A stretch of DNA of 64,000 nucleotides from an uncultured delta proteobacterium. GTDB taxonomy: Bacteria; Myxococcota_A; Polyangia; Polyangiales; Polyangiaceae. A program made the translations under genes and the position numbers. Under the pieces are notes generated by a model that worked only from the letters and a program-made list of their open reading frames with translations, was not told the origin of the DNA and searched no databases. Numbering within the stretch: the stretch's first letter is position 1; the number at the start of each line of letters is the position of its first letter. The stretch lies in the NCBI GenBank assembly GCA_963841435.1, contig CAWJCS010000002.1, positions 1,056,001 to 1,120,000 on the forward strand, read 5' to 3'. Of this stretch, positions 1-9,111 are shown piece after piece.

Positions 1-2716
1 AGCGCTGCTCGAAAGGCTGCCCGGCCACCTTGCCGCGCAAGACGACGTCGCCTCGGAGCTCGAGATTGTTCATGCGTGCGACGACGAAGGCCTCGCCGCC
101 CGCGGGAATCGCCCCGGGGAGCGCGGGTGCCACGCGGCCGAGCCCCTCGGGCAGCGTGATGCTCACGTCGGTGAGGGCGTTGCCGTAGAGCTGACCGAGC
201 ACGGCGTAGGCGGCTTGCGCGAGGCTCTGGCCGGGCGCGTACGGCAGCATCACGCCCCCGCCCCCGCGTGACAGCGCCTCGAGGATCGCGCGGTCGGACT
301 CGGCGCCGATCGCCACCGCCGTCACGGTCGCGTCCCCCGAACCGACGCGGCGCCTGACGGCGCGCTCGACGCTGCCGGGGCGCACCTCGCCCACGGTCGG
401 CGCGCCGTCCCCGAGGTACACGACGCGCCGCTCGCCGCCCGCGCGACCGCCGAGCGCGCGCAGCCCTTCGCGGATCGATTCGACCAGGTCCGAGCCGTCT
501 TCGGGAGTGGTGGCGCCCAGGAACTTGCGCACGGCGCTCGCCGCGTCGGCACCCGGTGCGAGCGGCGCGCCCGGCAACGTGCGGCATTCGGTCCCGCACG
601 CGAGCACCGTGATGCGGTCGTCCGGATCGAGCTCGCGCGCGACCCGCACCGCCAGATCCGTGGCGCGCCGGAAGCCCTCGCCCAGCATCGAGCGACTGCT
701 GTCCACGACGAGCGCCACTTCTCGCGTTCCGCCGCGTTCGGCGTGCGGCAGCTTGGGCCGGAGCGCCAGGGCGACGTACGGCGAACAATCCGTCACGTCC
801 GCGGGCGCCGTCGCCGCGCCCGAACCGCCAGTGCGTTTCGCGGGGGCCGGGCTCGAGTCGAGATAGCTCCAGGCGGTGAGCTCGCTCTGCCGGTTGGGAA
901 GCGCGTACTCGAGCGTGAGGTCCCCGCTCGGCGCGAAGCGCTCGGCCGAAAACGCGAGCTTGCTCGTGCCGTCGGCGGCGCTCGGGTCGAGCGTGTAGCC
1001 GCTCGGGCGCACGCCGAAGGCGGCGTCGTTGCCGCGCACCTCGACGTTCACGTCGAAGCGATCGATGCGTGTCGACTCGCTCGGATCGTAGGGTAGGGGA
1101 TAGGTGTAGCGGCGCGTTCCACCCACGGGTTTGACCACCTCGGTGTACGCGAGGATCACGCGTCGCTTGCCGTGTTTCGGGATCGGGAAGATGCGAAGCT
1201 CGAAGCGGCCACCACGCTGCCACTCGAGCAGTGCCGGATCGCGCCAGGGCCCGGGAACCCACACGATCTCCTCGACGGGCCGCCGCTGCTTCGGCGCTGC
1301 GTTCACGATCGCCCCTCGCCAGATCGCCGCGGCGCGGTCGCGGTCCACGAATGCGCCCTCCTCCCATTTGCCGTCAACCTCGAGCGCCAGTCGCTCGATC
1401 TGCGCGTCGGGAGGGATGGGGAAGCGGTAGATGCCCTCGAGCACCTCGTCGGTCTGGTTCGCAAATTCCTCCTCGACCTCCGTGCGCGCCATGACGCCCG
1501 CGATGCGCACACGCACGCTGTGCGAGGCGAGCGTCACCGCACCGGCGCGTTCGCCGTCCTGGCCGGGCTTCTTCGCGCGCAGCTCGCCGAGGCCCCGCTC
1601 TGGCACGTCGCGCTCCGCTTCGCCGAAGGTCTCGTCACGCCAGGCGAGGGTCTCACCGAGCGTTCCCGTGTAGGCGACGCTCGGCGGTTTGCCCTCCTCG
1701 AGCCGCCCCGTTTCGCCCTCGACGACCGTCACGCCGTCGTGCTCGGCGTTCGCGAGCGTCACGCTACCGCGCAGGACCTCGACGCTCGCGCGCGGACCCG
1801 AGGCGCGCAGCGAGAACTTCGTACCGTGCACGGTCACGCTGCCCTTGGGGAGCTCGAAGCGTGCCTCGTCGGCCTGGTGCGCGACGTCCGCCACGAGCGC
1901 GCCGCGAACCAGCGACGCATGTCGCACGCCCGTCGTCAGCAGCGCGAGCTCGGTATCGCGATCGAGCGACACGACGCTGCCGTCGTCGAGCACGAGCTCG
2001 GCCCGCGTGCGCCCGTCCGTGCGAACACGCGCCGAGGCGGGCAGCGCCGCGCCTTTCACGAGCGATCGGCAGCTCTTGCCGGCCTCGTCGCAGCTCTCGA
2101 GGCCGCGACCGCCCGCGGCGGCGACGACGTTCGCGACCTTGCCCGCCCAGCTGGAGCTCTTCGGCGCACTCGTCGGCGGCTGGGTGGCGTTGCGTGCCAG
2201 CATGGCGAGACCGGCTGCAAGCGCGACCACGGCGCCGCGAGCGAGCCAGGCTCGCCGCGGGTCGCCCTTCTTCGCCTCCTCGGGGGCCCGCGCCCCGGGC
2301 TCCCGTCGCGGCTCGGGCTCTCGCTGCCGCTCCGGGTCGGGCTGCGGCTCCGTCGCGGCTTCGGGCTCCCCCGCGGGCTCTTTTGCCAAAGCGGCGGGCG
2401 GGGCTGCCGTCGGCGTCGGCACGGCATCCGCCGCCCGCTTCGACTGCACGAAAGCTGGCTTTCCCTCCACGGCTGCGTCGGCGGCCCGCGGACTCGAGAG
2501 AGCGCGCTCGACGCGCTCGCTCAGATCGGGCGGCACGACGTAGTCGAGCGCGGCGTCGCGCGCGATGCGCCTCGACCGCTCGGCGTCGTGCCTCGCGTCG
2601 CGACAGGCGTCACAACTCGCAACGTGCTCGAGCAGCCGCTCTTCGGCCGTCCCGTCGAGGATCTCGGCCAGGCGCTCCGCGACCTCGTTGCACTCCTTCG
2701 ATTTCGTCTCTTGCAT
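1..2716 (-). CDS. ZAS (zf-HC2) anti-sigma / FecR / VIT / vWA multidomain membrane protein; C-terminus runs off the window
   Basis: Absent from the ORF track because there is no stop in the window. Manual translation from ATG 2716: MQETKSKECNEVAERLAEILDG..EHVASCDAC (HxxxCxxC), Pro/Glu linker, TM (AWLARGAVVALAAGLAML), FecR-like RTDGRTRAELVLDDGSVVSLDRDT..HGTKF, VIT-like MARTEVEEEFANQTDEVLEGIYRFPIPPDAQI..DPALLEW, vWA VVDSSRSM and YLGDG. Confidence 0.88.
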   Translation of the reverse strand, partial: MQETKSKECNEVAERLAEILDGTAEERLLEHVASCDACRDARHDAERSRRIARDAALDYVVPPDLSERVERALSSPRAADAAVEGKPAFVQSKRAADAVPTPTAAPPAALAKEPAGEPEAATEPQPDPERQREPEPRREPGARAPEEAKKGDPRRAWLARGAVVALAAGLAMLARNATQPPTSAPKSSSWAGKVANVVAAAGGRGLESCDEAGKSCRSLVKGAALPASARVRTDGRTRAELVLDDGSVVSLDRDTELALLTTGVRHASLVRGALVADVAHQADEARFELPKGSVTVHGTKFSLRASGPRASVEVLRGSVTLANAEHDGVTVVEGETGRLEEGKPPSVAYTGTLGETLAWRDETFGEAERDVPERGLGELRAKKPGQDGERAGAVTLASHSVRVRIAGVMARTEVEEEFANQTDEVLEGIYRFPIPPDAQIERLALEVDGKWEEGAFVDRDRAAAIWRGAIVNAAPKQRRPVEEIVWVPGPWRDPALLEWQRGGRFELRIFPIPKHGKRRVILAYTEVVKPVGGTRRYTYPLPYDPSESTRIDRFDVNVEVRGNDAAFGVRPSGYTLDPSAADGTSKLAFSAERFAPSGDLTLEYALPNRQSELTAWSYLDSSPAPAKRTGGSGAATAPADVTDCSPYVALALRPKLPHAERGGTREVALVVDSSRSMLGEGFRRATDLAVRVARELDPDDRITVLACGTECRTLPGAPLAPGADAASAVRKFLGATTPEDGSDLVESIREGLRALGGRAGGERRVVYLGDGAPTVGEVRPGSVERAVRRRVGSGDATVTAVAIGAESDRAILEALSRGGGGVMLPYAPGQSLAQAAYAVLGQLYGNALTDVSITLPEGLGRVAPALPGAIPAGGEAFVVARMNNLELRGDVVLRGKVAGQPFEQR

Positions 2717-2722
2717 GGCCGC

Positions 2723-3325
2723 TCACTCCTCGGAAAGCTCGCGCAAGCGTGCGAGCGCTCGCGAGACGCGCTTGCGCGCGGTGGCTTCGTCGATACCGCA
2801 CGCCTCGCCCACCTCGCGGAAGCTCAACTCGCCGACGTAGCGCAGGACCAGCGCCTCACGCTCGCTCGGTCGCACCTCGGCGAGCAGGGCTCGCGCCATC
2901 TCTGCGCGGCGCCGTGCCTCGAGGAGCTCGACGGCGTCCGGCGGTGGCTCCAGGAGCTCGGCGACGGGTCTCTGAGCGCTCTGACGCTCGAGTGCCCGGG
3001 CGCAGCGGCGGCGCGCGATGCCGAAAAGCCAGGCTCTGAGCGAACCCTCGCCGCGGAAGTCCGCGAGGCCGCGGTGGGCGGCGAGCAGCGTGTCCTGCAC
3101 GGCGTCGTCCGCCGCGGCCTGGGACCCGAGCAGCGCCATGCACAAACGTCCGACCGAGGCCACGTGCTGCCGCGCGCAGAGCGAAAGCGCTCCGTTGTGA
3201 TCGCCGGAGCGAAGCGCCGCGAGCACGTCCTCGTCCGTGCCGCTTTCTGCCGTGGTCGCACGGGCGTCCGCGGCGGCCGCGGAAAAGGCGTGGGCGAATG
3301 CATCCACCTTGGACTCAGAGCTCAT
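2723..3325 (-). CDS. ECF-family RNA polymerase sigma-70 factor
   Basis: Region 2 DAVQDTLLAAHRGLADFRGEGSLRAWLFGIARR; region 4 EREALVLRYVGELSFREVGEACGIDEATARKRVSRA. Start moved to ATG 3325; stop lies 6 nt before the anti-sigma ATG. Confidence 0.92.
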   Translation of the reverse strand: MSSESKVDAFAHAFSAAAADARATTAESGTDEDVLAALRSGDHNGALSLCARQHVASVGRLCMALLGSQAAADDAVQDTLLAAHRGLADFRGEGSLRAWLFGIARRRCARALERQSAQRPVAELLEPPPDAVELLEARRRAEMARALLAEVRPSEREALVLRYVGELSFREVGEACGIDEATARKRVSRALARLRELSEE

Positions 3326-3672
3326 GTGCCTCCTCGCAGGATATTCGTGACCGATGCTCGCACTTTTCTCGCCTCGAGTCGGGCGATCTCGGAAGAACGG
3401 ATCGCGATCGGTGCGCAGCGCAAAGACGCCGGCGAACCCGGCGCCGGTTGGCTGCGACGGGCTATGGCCGCCCGATGCTCCGGCCTCGCCGGCACTCCTC
3501 CGCGGCGAGTCGCTGCTCGCGCCGGTCGAGATCTTGCCCTCCAAGACTGCCTGAGTCGAGTCTCGCGCACACCGGTAAAACGCGCGACGCGCCGCGTGCT
3601 TACGGTCGCACCCTCTCGCACCCTAGAATACCCTGACGCCCTGGGAGACCTTCAGGGTAACCTGGCCGTAAA

Positions 3673-4686
3673 ATGACGGTTTCGATCCCTCCGAGCGCGA
3701 GGCCGACCTCGAGCCCGTGCACGGTCACGGTCGCAGCCCTCGATTTCACGAACAAGACCGAAAAGACCTGTTCGTTCGCCGAGGTGAGCGCCGAGTTGGA
3801 GGCGGGCCGCTTCGTGTGGCTCGACATCGACGCCTCGGATCCCGTCGAGGCGCGCCGACTGCTCGCCGAGCTGAAGGTCATCGGTGAGGAAACCGTCAAC
3901 GACGCCCTCGGCCACGAGCCGTCGACGCAGATCGCTCGCTACGAGGACTACGTGCACGTCGTCGTGTCGGGCTGCCGGCAGCGCGGGACCAAGTTCGATC
4001 TCGAGCGTGTCGACGTCATCATCGCGGCGCAGTTCTTGGTGACGATTCATCGCGGCCCCGTGATGTTCCTCGCGTCCGTACGACGCGACTACCGTTCCGA
4101 TTTCGTGCGCTTTGCGCGCAGCCCGAGCTTTCTCGTGTACGAAGTCTGGGACCACCTGATCGACAACTACCTCTTGATTCAGAAGGTGATGGAGGAGCGC
4201 GTCGAGCAGCTCCAGAACGAGCTCAGCTCGGGGCACGTCGACGACGGCGTGTTCCAGCGCGTCTCCGAGCTCGGCGCCGATCTCCTGCATTTTCGCAAGG
4301 TGCTCTTGCCGGCCCGCGCCGTGCTCACCGACCTTTCGACGCGGCGCAGCCTGTTCATCAGTGAAGCGACTCAGCCCTTCCTGCACAACATGGTCGGGAC
4401 CCTCGAGCACGTCCTTCAGGATCTGCTCGTCGATCGCGATATCCTGTCGGAGTCGCTGAATCTCTACATGTCCGTCGTCAGCCATCGCACCAACGAAGTG
4501 ATGCGGCGCTTGACGGTCGTGAGCGTCGTCTTCTTGCCGCTCACGTTCTTGTGCGGCGTGTACGGCATGAATTTCGAGTTCTTGCCGGAACTCCACTGGC
4601 GCTACGGCTACGCGGCGTTCTGGAGCCTGGTCGCGGGGATCGTCGTCGTCCTGCTCTGGCTCTCACGGCGCGCCCAGCTTTTGTGA
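3673..4686 (+). CDS. corA: Magnesium/cobalt transporter CorA
   Basis: NEVMRRLTVVSVVFLPLTFLCGVYGMNF (GMN motif) and two C-terminal TM helices. Confidence 0.95.
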   Translation: MTVSIPPSARPTSSPCTVTVAALDFTNKTEKTCSFAEVSAELEAGRFVWLDIDASDPVEARRLLAELKVIGEETVNDALGHEPSTQIARYEDYVHVVVSGCRQRGTKFDLERVDVIIAAQFLVTIHRGPVMFLASVRRDYRSDFVRFARSPSFLVYEVWDHLIDNYLLIQKVMEERVEQLQNELSSGHVDDGVFQRVSELGADLLHFRKVLLPARAVLTDLSTRRSLFISEATQPFLHNMVGTLEHVLQDLLVDRDILSESLNLYMSVVSHRTNEVMRRLTVVSVVFLPLTFLCGVYGMNFEFLPELHWRYGYAAFWSLVAGIVVVLLWLSRRAQLL

Positions 4687-4690
4687 AGGG

Positions 4691-5581
4691 CTAGTCGAGC
4701 TTGAGCTCGAAGCCTTCGCGTGCTCCGAACAGCAGGCAGGCGCCGCCGGCGCCCTCGATCCGGCGCCGCGTCGCGGCGATCTTCTCGTTGACGAGCTCGT
4801 CGGATTGCATGGGGTCGTGGTGAAAAATGGCGCACTGCTTGACGCCCGCTTGCAGGGCGAGATCGGCGACGGTGGTCGCGCGCGCGTGGCCCCAGCCCCG
4901 CCGCTTGGGATACTCCGCGTCCGTGTATTGGCCGTCTGCAATCAACAGGTCCGCGCCCGCCACGAAGTCGACCACGGCCGCCGGCAGGCGCCGCGGCGCA
5001 TCCGGGTCGGTCTCCGCCTGCTCGGGCGATTCGAGCAACAGATCGAGCTCGCTGTCCGTTGCGTACACCACCTTCTTGCCACCGAGCTCGAACGCATAGG
5101 CGAAGCTCCGGCCGGGATGGCGCTGCTCGAGGCAGCGTACCGTGACGTCGTCGATGGCGAGCACGCCTTCGGTGAAGTGCCGCCCGTGGATACGGGCGCC
5201 GAGATCGGTGAAACCGACGGGGAAGTATTCCGATCGCATCTGGCCGTGGAGCAGCCGCTGCACGCGATCGTCGCCGGGGGCCACTTCGTAGACGAAAAGG
5301 TCGTTTTCTGGGGCGTAGGCGGGAACGAAGAACGGAAAGCCCTGGATGTGGTCCCAGTGCATGTGGCTGAAGAACAGGTGGGCTTCGAGCGGTCCCTGCT
5401 TCCGCCGCTCGAGATCCAGACCGAGCTCCCTCAGGCCCGTGCCGCCGTCGCACACGAACAAGCGATCCCCGAAGCGGATTTCGACGCAGGAAGTATTGCC
5501 GCCGTATCGTCGCGTTCGGTGCCCTGGTGTCGGTATCGAGCCGCGCGTACCCCAGAACCGGACGAACGGTCCCTGGCTCAA
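4691..5581 (-). CDS. MBL-fold metallo-hydrolase
   Basis: WGTRGSIPTPG..YGGNTSC, SHMHWDHIQG (HxHxDH), GWGH, FHHDP. TTG start overlaps the FHA gene stop. Confidence 0.9.
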   Translation of the reverse strand: MSQGPFVRFWGTRGSIPTPGHRTRRYGGNTSCVEIRFGDRLFVCDGGTGLRELGLDLERRKQGPLEAHLFFSHMHWDHIQGFPFFVPAYAPENDLFVYEVAPGDDRVQRLLHGQMRSEYFPVGFTDLGARIHGRHFTEGVLAIDDVTVRCLEQRHPGRSFAYAFELGGKKVVYATDSELDLLLESPEQAETDPDAPRRLPAAVVDFVAGADLLIADGQYTDAEYPKRRGWGHARATTVADLALQAGVKQCAIFHHDPMQSDELVNEKIAATRRRIEGAGGACLLFGAREGFELKLD

Positions 5582-5961
5582 CCGACGGCCTCGCGAAAGA
5601 CCAGCACGACGTCGCCCATCTGGAGCGTGTCGCCGTCGTGGAGCAGCGCGGAGTGCACCTTGACGCCGTTGACGTAAACGCCGTTCTGGCTGTCGAGATC
5701 GACGAGCGTGACCTCGGGGCCGCTCCGCCGCAGCGCGACGTGCCGGCGCGACAAGAGCGAGCTCTCGATGAGGATCGCAGCCTGGTTGCTGCGTCCGATC
5801 ACCGTTTCATGCGGCAAGAGGGAGAGCCTGCGCGGTGCGCCCGGTCCACGGAGCTGCTCGAGCACGGGCTCCTTGCGCAGGTGCCCGAGCGCACCAATCA
5901 CGGCAACGTTGCCTATCACGGTCGAGTCGATGTCCGGGTCCGTGTCGTTCTCGCTCGACAC
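5578..5961 (-). CDS. FHA domain protein
   Basis: IGRS..SRRH..DLDSQNGVYVNG..LHDGDTL: canonical FHA GR/SxxH/NG motifs. Confidence 0.92.
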   Translation of the reverse strand: MSSENDTDPDIDSTVIGNVAVIGALGHLRKEPVLEQLRGPGAPRRLSLLPHETVIGRSNQAAILIESSLLSRRHVALRRSGPEVTLVDLDSQNGVYVNGVKVHSALLHDGDTLQMGDVVLVFREAVG

Positions 5962-6044
5962 CCCCGCATTTTATCCGAAAAACGACCGGGCTGCGGGGCT
6001 CGTCGTGCCGGCCCGGCGCCCGGCGGGCTATACACCGGGTCCTC

Positions 6045-6422
6045 ATGCAACGACTGCTTCTGATTGCGCTCGCCGGCGCCGTGGGCACCCTCTGCCGCTA
6101 CGGTGTCACGGTCGCCGCCGAGCGTCTCGCTGGTTCGCGGTTTCCATTCGGCACGCTGAGCGTGAACTTGCTCGGTTCCCTGATGTTCGGCGTCGTCTTC
6201 ACGCTCTTTCGAGAACGGGCTCGGATCGAGCCGGGCACCGCGGCCATCATTTTGGTGGGCTTCATGGGCGCCTTCACCACCTTTTCGAGCTACGTGGCGG
6301 ACAGCGAGCGCTTGATGGCGGCCCATCGGATCGGGGCGCTGGCGCTGAATCTGGTGGTCCAGAACGCTGGGGGGATCGCCTGCTTCCTGCTTGGCGCGGG
6401 CCTCGCCCGCTTCGCGAGCTGA
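6045..6422 (+). CDS. crcB: Fluoride channel CrcB/Fluc
   Basis: MQRLLLIALAGAVGTLCRYG..FPFGTLSVNLLGS..GFMGAFTTFSSY. Start reassigned to ATG 6045. Confidence 0.92.
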   Translation: MQRLLLIALAGAVGTLCRYGVTVAAERLAGSRFPFGTLSVNLLGSLMFGVVFTLFRERARIEPGTAAIILVGFMGAFTTFSSYVADSERLMAAHRIGALALNLVVQNAGGIACFLLGAGLARFAS

Positions 6423-6583
6423 GCCCCGGCAGGCGGGTGCGCGAGGCCGGGGAACGGGGGGCGATCCGAAGCGGAAAGGCCAGGGGGAAGGAGAGCGTCG
6501 CCCGGGCAAAGGGCGAAAACTCCCGAGGGGTGACGCCCCGGCTTGCTAGGGCGCCACCGCCCCGCGTATCCTCCCGCCTCCCA

Positions 6584-7168
6584 TTGAAGCAGACCGTTCC
6601 CGCCCACTGCATCTCCCGGTACCTGGTGCGTGTCCGCTTCGGTGAGACGGACCTGATGGGCATCGTCCATCACGGGACCTACATCAGCTACTTCGAGGTC
6701 GGGCGGGTCGAGTACATGCGCCGGCGCGGGCTCGACTACCACTCGTGGACCGAGCTCGGTATCCACCTTCCCGTGGTCGAGGCCTACGTTCGTTACCGGC
6801 GCACGGCACGTTTCGACGAGCTCCTGTGCATCGAGACGCGCCTCACGGAGCTCGCGCGTGTGAAGGTTCGCTTCGACTATCGCCTGCTTCGTGAGCCGGA
6901 GGGCGAAGCGGAAGGCAAGGTCGATCCGGACGACAAGGTCGTCGCGGAGGGCCACACGTTGCTCGCGTGCGTCGATCAGAACCACGTGCCTCGTCGCATT
7001 CCTGCCGAGGCCGAAGCAGTGCTTTTGGGTCCTGATCTCGATTTGCACCCGCCCATCGGCGGCGATCGGCGACCCCGCCCGGCCGCGAACGGACAGGGTC
7101 GTTCCGAGGAAGTGAACGCGCTCAAGGCATCCTCGGAGCGCTTGGTCGGGCTCGGCAACAAGTCGTGA
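6584..7168 (+). CDS. Acyl-CoA thioesterase, YbgC/4HBT hot-dog family
   Basis: RVRFGETDLMGIVHHGTYISYFEVGRVEY. Start uncertain (TTG 6584 chosen). Confidence 0.88.
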   Translation: MKQTVPAHCISRYLVRVRFGETDLMGIVHHGTYISYFEVGRVEYMRRRGLDYHSWTELGIHLPVVEAYVRYRRTARFDELLCIETRLTELARVKVRFDYRLLREPEGEAEGKVDPDDKVVAEGHTLLACVDQNHVPRRIPAEAEAVLLGPDLDLHPPIGGDRRPRPAANGQGRSEEVNALKASSERLVGLGNKS

Positions 7169-7224
7169 GCACCGGGAGCGACCTCGGGGGTGCGTGAGCA
7201 CTTCCTCGTGTTAGGCTGAACCTC

Positions 7225-8406
7225 ATGTCGGAGCGCAAGTCCGACCCCGCCAGCGTCAGCACGTCCATCGTGGACTCGGGCTGGGAACCGGAGCCGCAAG
7301 TCGAGCGCGAGCTACCGCGCTACGACGACTCCCCGCGCGACGGGCTCGTCACGCGCGTCGACGATCAGATTCAGGCGCGGATTGCCGCGATGAATGCCCC
7401 CGAGGAGCCTCGCCCCGTGACCGACGTCACCGTGCCGAACGCGATGCGCCCCTCGGCTCTGATGGCGCCCGTCGAAGAGCGTACCCAGGTCGACCGCTCC
7501 ATGCCCTTCTCGTCGGCCCCACCCCCCTACACCACGCTCGCCGAGCCCGCGCCGTCGCTGGGCGCTGCGCTGGCCGCTCGCGTGCGGTTTCTCGGCGCAC
7601 CAGCGCCTCTCTGGGCAGCGCTCACGCCCGTTTTGTTCGTGACGGCGGTCCTTGCCGCGCTCGCGGGGGGGGTCGTTGGCAGAGTCACGTCGAGCACGCC
7701 GGCGTCGGCAACGAGCGCCCTTTCGCCGACGGCGGCGCCCGGCGAAGACCAGGCGCCGGTTCCCTCGCACTCTGCGGCCGAATCGGCGCCGGCGGCGCCG
7801 AGCGAAGCCGAGCTCGCCGCGCTCGAGAAGAAGGACCCGCGCGAGCTTGGCGCGGCGGAGGCGTTCGCCATCGCCGACGGCAAGGTCGCCCGCGGGCTCG
7901 CCGCCGTCCGCACGCTCGCCGAGCGTCTCCAGGCGGACCCGGGGCTCGGCAAGGACCCGGCCGTGCTCGAGGAGCTGATGCGTTTCACCCAGACCCCGGA
8001 AACCGCACGCGACGCCCTCGCGGCGATGGCGGCGCTGCCGGGCCCGCTGAGCGCCGACCTGCTCTACGAAGTGTGGACCGGTACTGCCGAGCGCAGCGAA
8101 ACGACGGAGCTTGCTCAGACTCTCCTGCTGGGCAAAGACGTCCGCCCCAAGGCCTCGCCCGCGCTCGCCGTGGCCCTCGACCTGCGCGAGGCCGAGAGCT
8201 GCGAGGACAACGCGAAGATCCTGCCTCGGGCCACCGAGCTCGGCGACAAACGCTCGTTCGGTCCCATCGCGCGGCTCTTCAAGCGCACTGGATGCGGCGC
8301 GGGTAAGCGTCTGGACTGCTATCCGTGTCTCCGCGAGGGCGACCAGCTCAAGAACGCGCTCATCGCGGTAAAGAAGCGACGCGAGCCCGACCTCGGGCAT
8401 CACTGA
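7225..8406 (+). CDS. Hypothetical single-TM protein with Cys-containing helical C-terminal domain
   Basis: 393-aa ORF with high-GC3 codons, acidic disordered N-terminus, TM segment LWAALTPVLFVTAVLAALAGG, C-terminal GCGAGKRLDCYPCLR. Confidence 0.75.
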   Translation: MSERKSDPASVSTSIVDSGWEPEPQVERELPRYDDSPRDGLVTRVDDQIQARIAAMNAPEEPRPVTDVTVPNAMRPSALMAPVEERTQVDRSMPFSSAPPPYTTLAEPAPSLGAALAARVRFLGAPAPLWAALTPVLFVTAVLAALAGGVVGRVTSSTPASATSALSPTAAPGEDQAPVPSHSAAESAPAAPSEAELAALEKKDPRELGAAEAFAIADGKVARGLAAVRTLAERLQADPGLGKDPAVLEELMRFTQTPETARDALAAMAALPGPLSADLLYEVWTGTAERSETTELAQTLLLGKDVRPKASPALAVALDLREAESCEDNAKILPRATELGDKRSFGPIARLFKRTGCGAGKRLDCYPCLREGDQLKNALIAVKKRREPDLGHH

Positions 8407-8433
8407 AGACGCGCTCGCGCCGAGGGGCTTGAA

Positions 8434-8916
8434 TCATCCCGCAGGGATCGCAGCGCCTTCTTCGGCGTGCACGCGCGGCGCCGAGGCCGCCAGCATCTCG
8501 GCGCGCTGCTTGAGCGCCTGATTCATGTACACGAACCCACGGGCGACCTGCGCCAGGTGCCGCGCAGAGAAGCGCAGCAAGAGCCCGCTGAAGTCCTCAC
8601 CCTGGACGAAGCGCGTGCGTCCCCCCGAAGCCTCCCGGCACTGAAAGAAGTGCTCGCCGTCGAGCAGCCCCTTGAGCCACGAGCGCTCGACCCAACGCAA
8701 CTCCGTCGGCGCATCGCACGCGACGAGCTCGGGCCTGAGCTCGAGGTCCGCGCCCTCGGGCGGCGACAGCGCGACGTTTAGCCTCTGACCCACGACGAGC
8801 TCCCCGCCGACCGCGGTGATGAACGGGTTCCACTCGTGATAGCGCGCAAAGTCGGTGAGCACGCGCCACACGAGCGCTGGGGACGCCTCGATCTCCACTT
8901 CCGTGCGAAGCTGCAT
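8434..8916 (-). CDS. SRPBCC (polyketide cyclase/START-like) family protein
   Basis: TEVEIEASPALVWRVLTDFARYHEWNPFI..GEHFF..MNQALKQRAE. Confidence 0.88.
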   Translation of the reverse strand: MQLRTEVEIEASPALVWRVLTDFARYHEWNPFITAVGGELVVGQRLNVALSPPEGADLELRPELVACDAPTELRWVERSWLKGLLDGEHFFQCREASGGRTRFVQGEDFSGLLLRFSARHLAQVARGFVYMNQALKQRAEMLAASAPRVHAEEGAAIPAG

Positions 8917-9111
8917 CGCTACGTAGGCTGACACCGCGGGGCGGCGGACGTTTCAGGCTCCCGACATTTCCGCCCCCGTGCCGCAGAAGCCGCTGTTGCC
9001 GGGGCAGAAATTATGGGAAACATGACAGAAATGGTTCGGAAATGATTCGTGGCACTACGCTACAGCCTCGGCGAGGGGAGCCGAACCAAATAGACAAGTA
9101 ATTTCAAGGAA

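Noticed and set aside
1172-3676. 834-aa plus-strand ORF
   Set aside because: Antisense shadow of the sigma and anti-sigma genes; Arg-rich with no motifs, typical of high-GC DNA.
5962-6044. Fluoride riboswitch upstream of crcB
   Set aside because: I could not find the conserved GGCGAUGG-type core in this short divergent gap; an Infernal search would settle it.
9050-9067. TGGCAC upstream of amtB as a sigma-54 promoter
   Set aside because: The -24 half matches but there is no GC at the required GG-N10 position (CA instead); not called.
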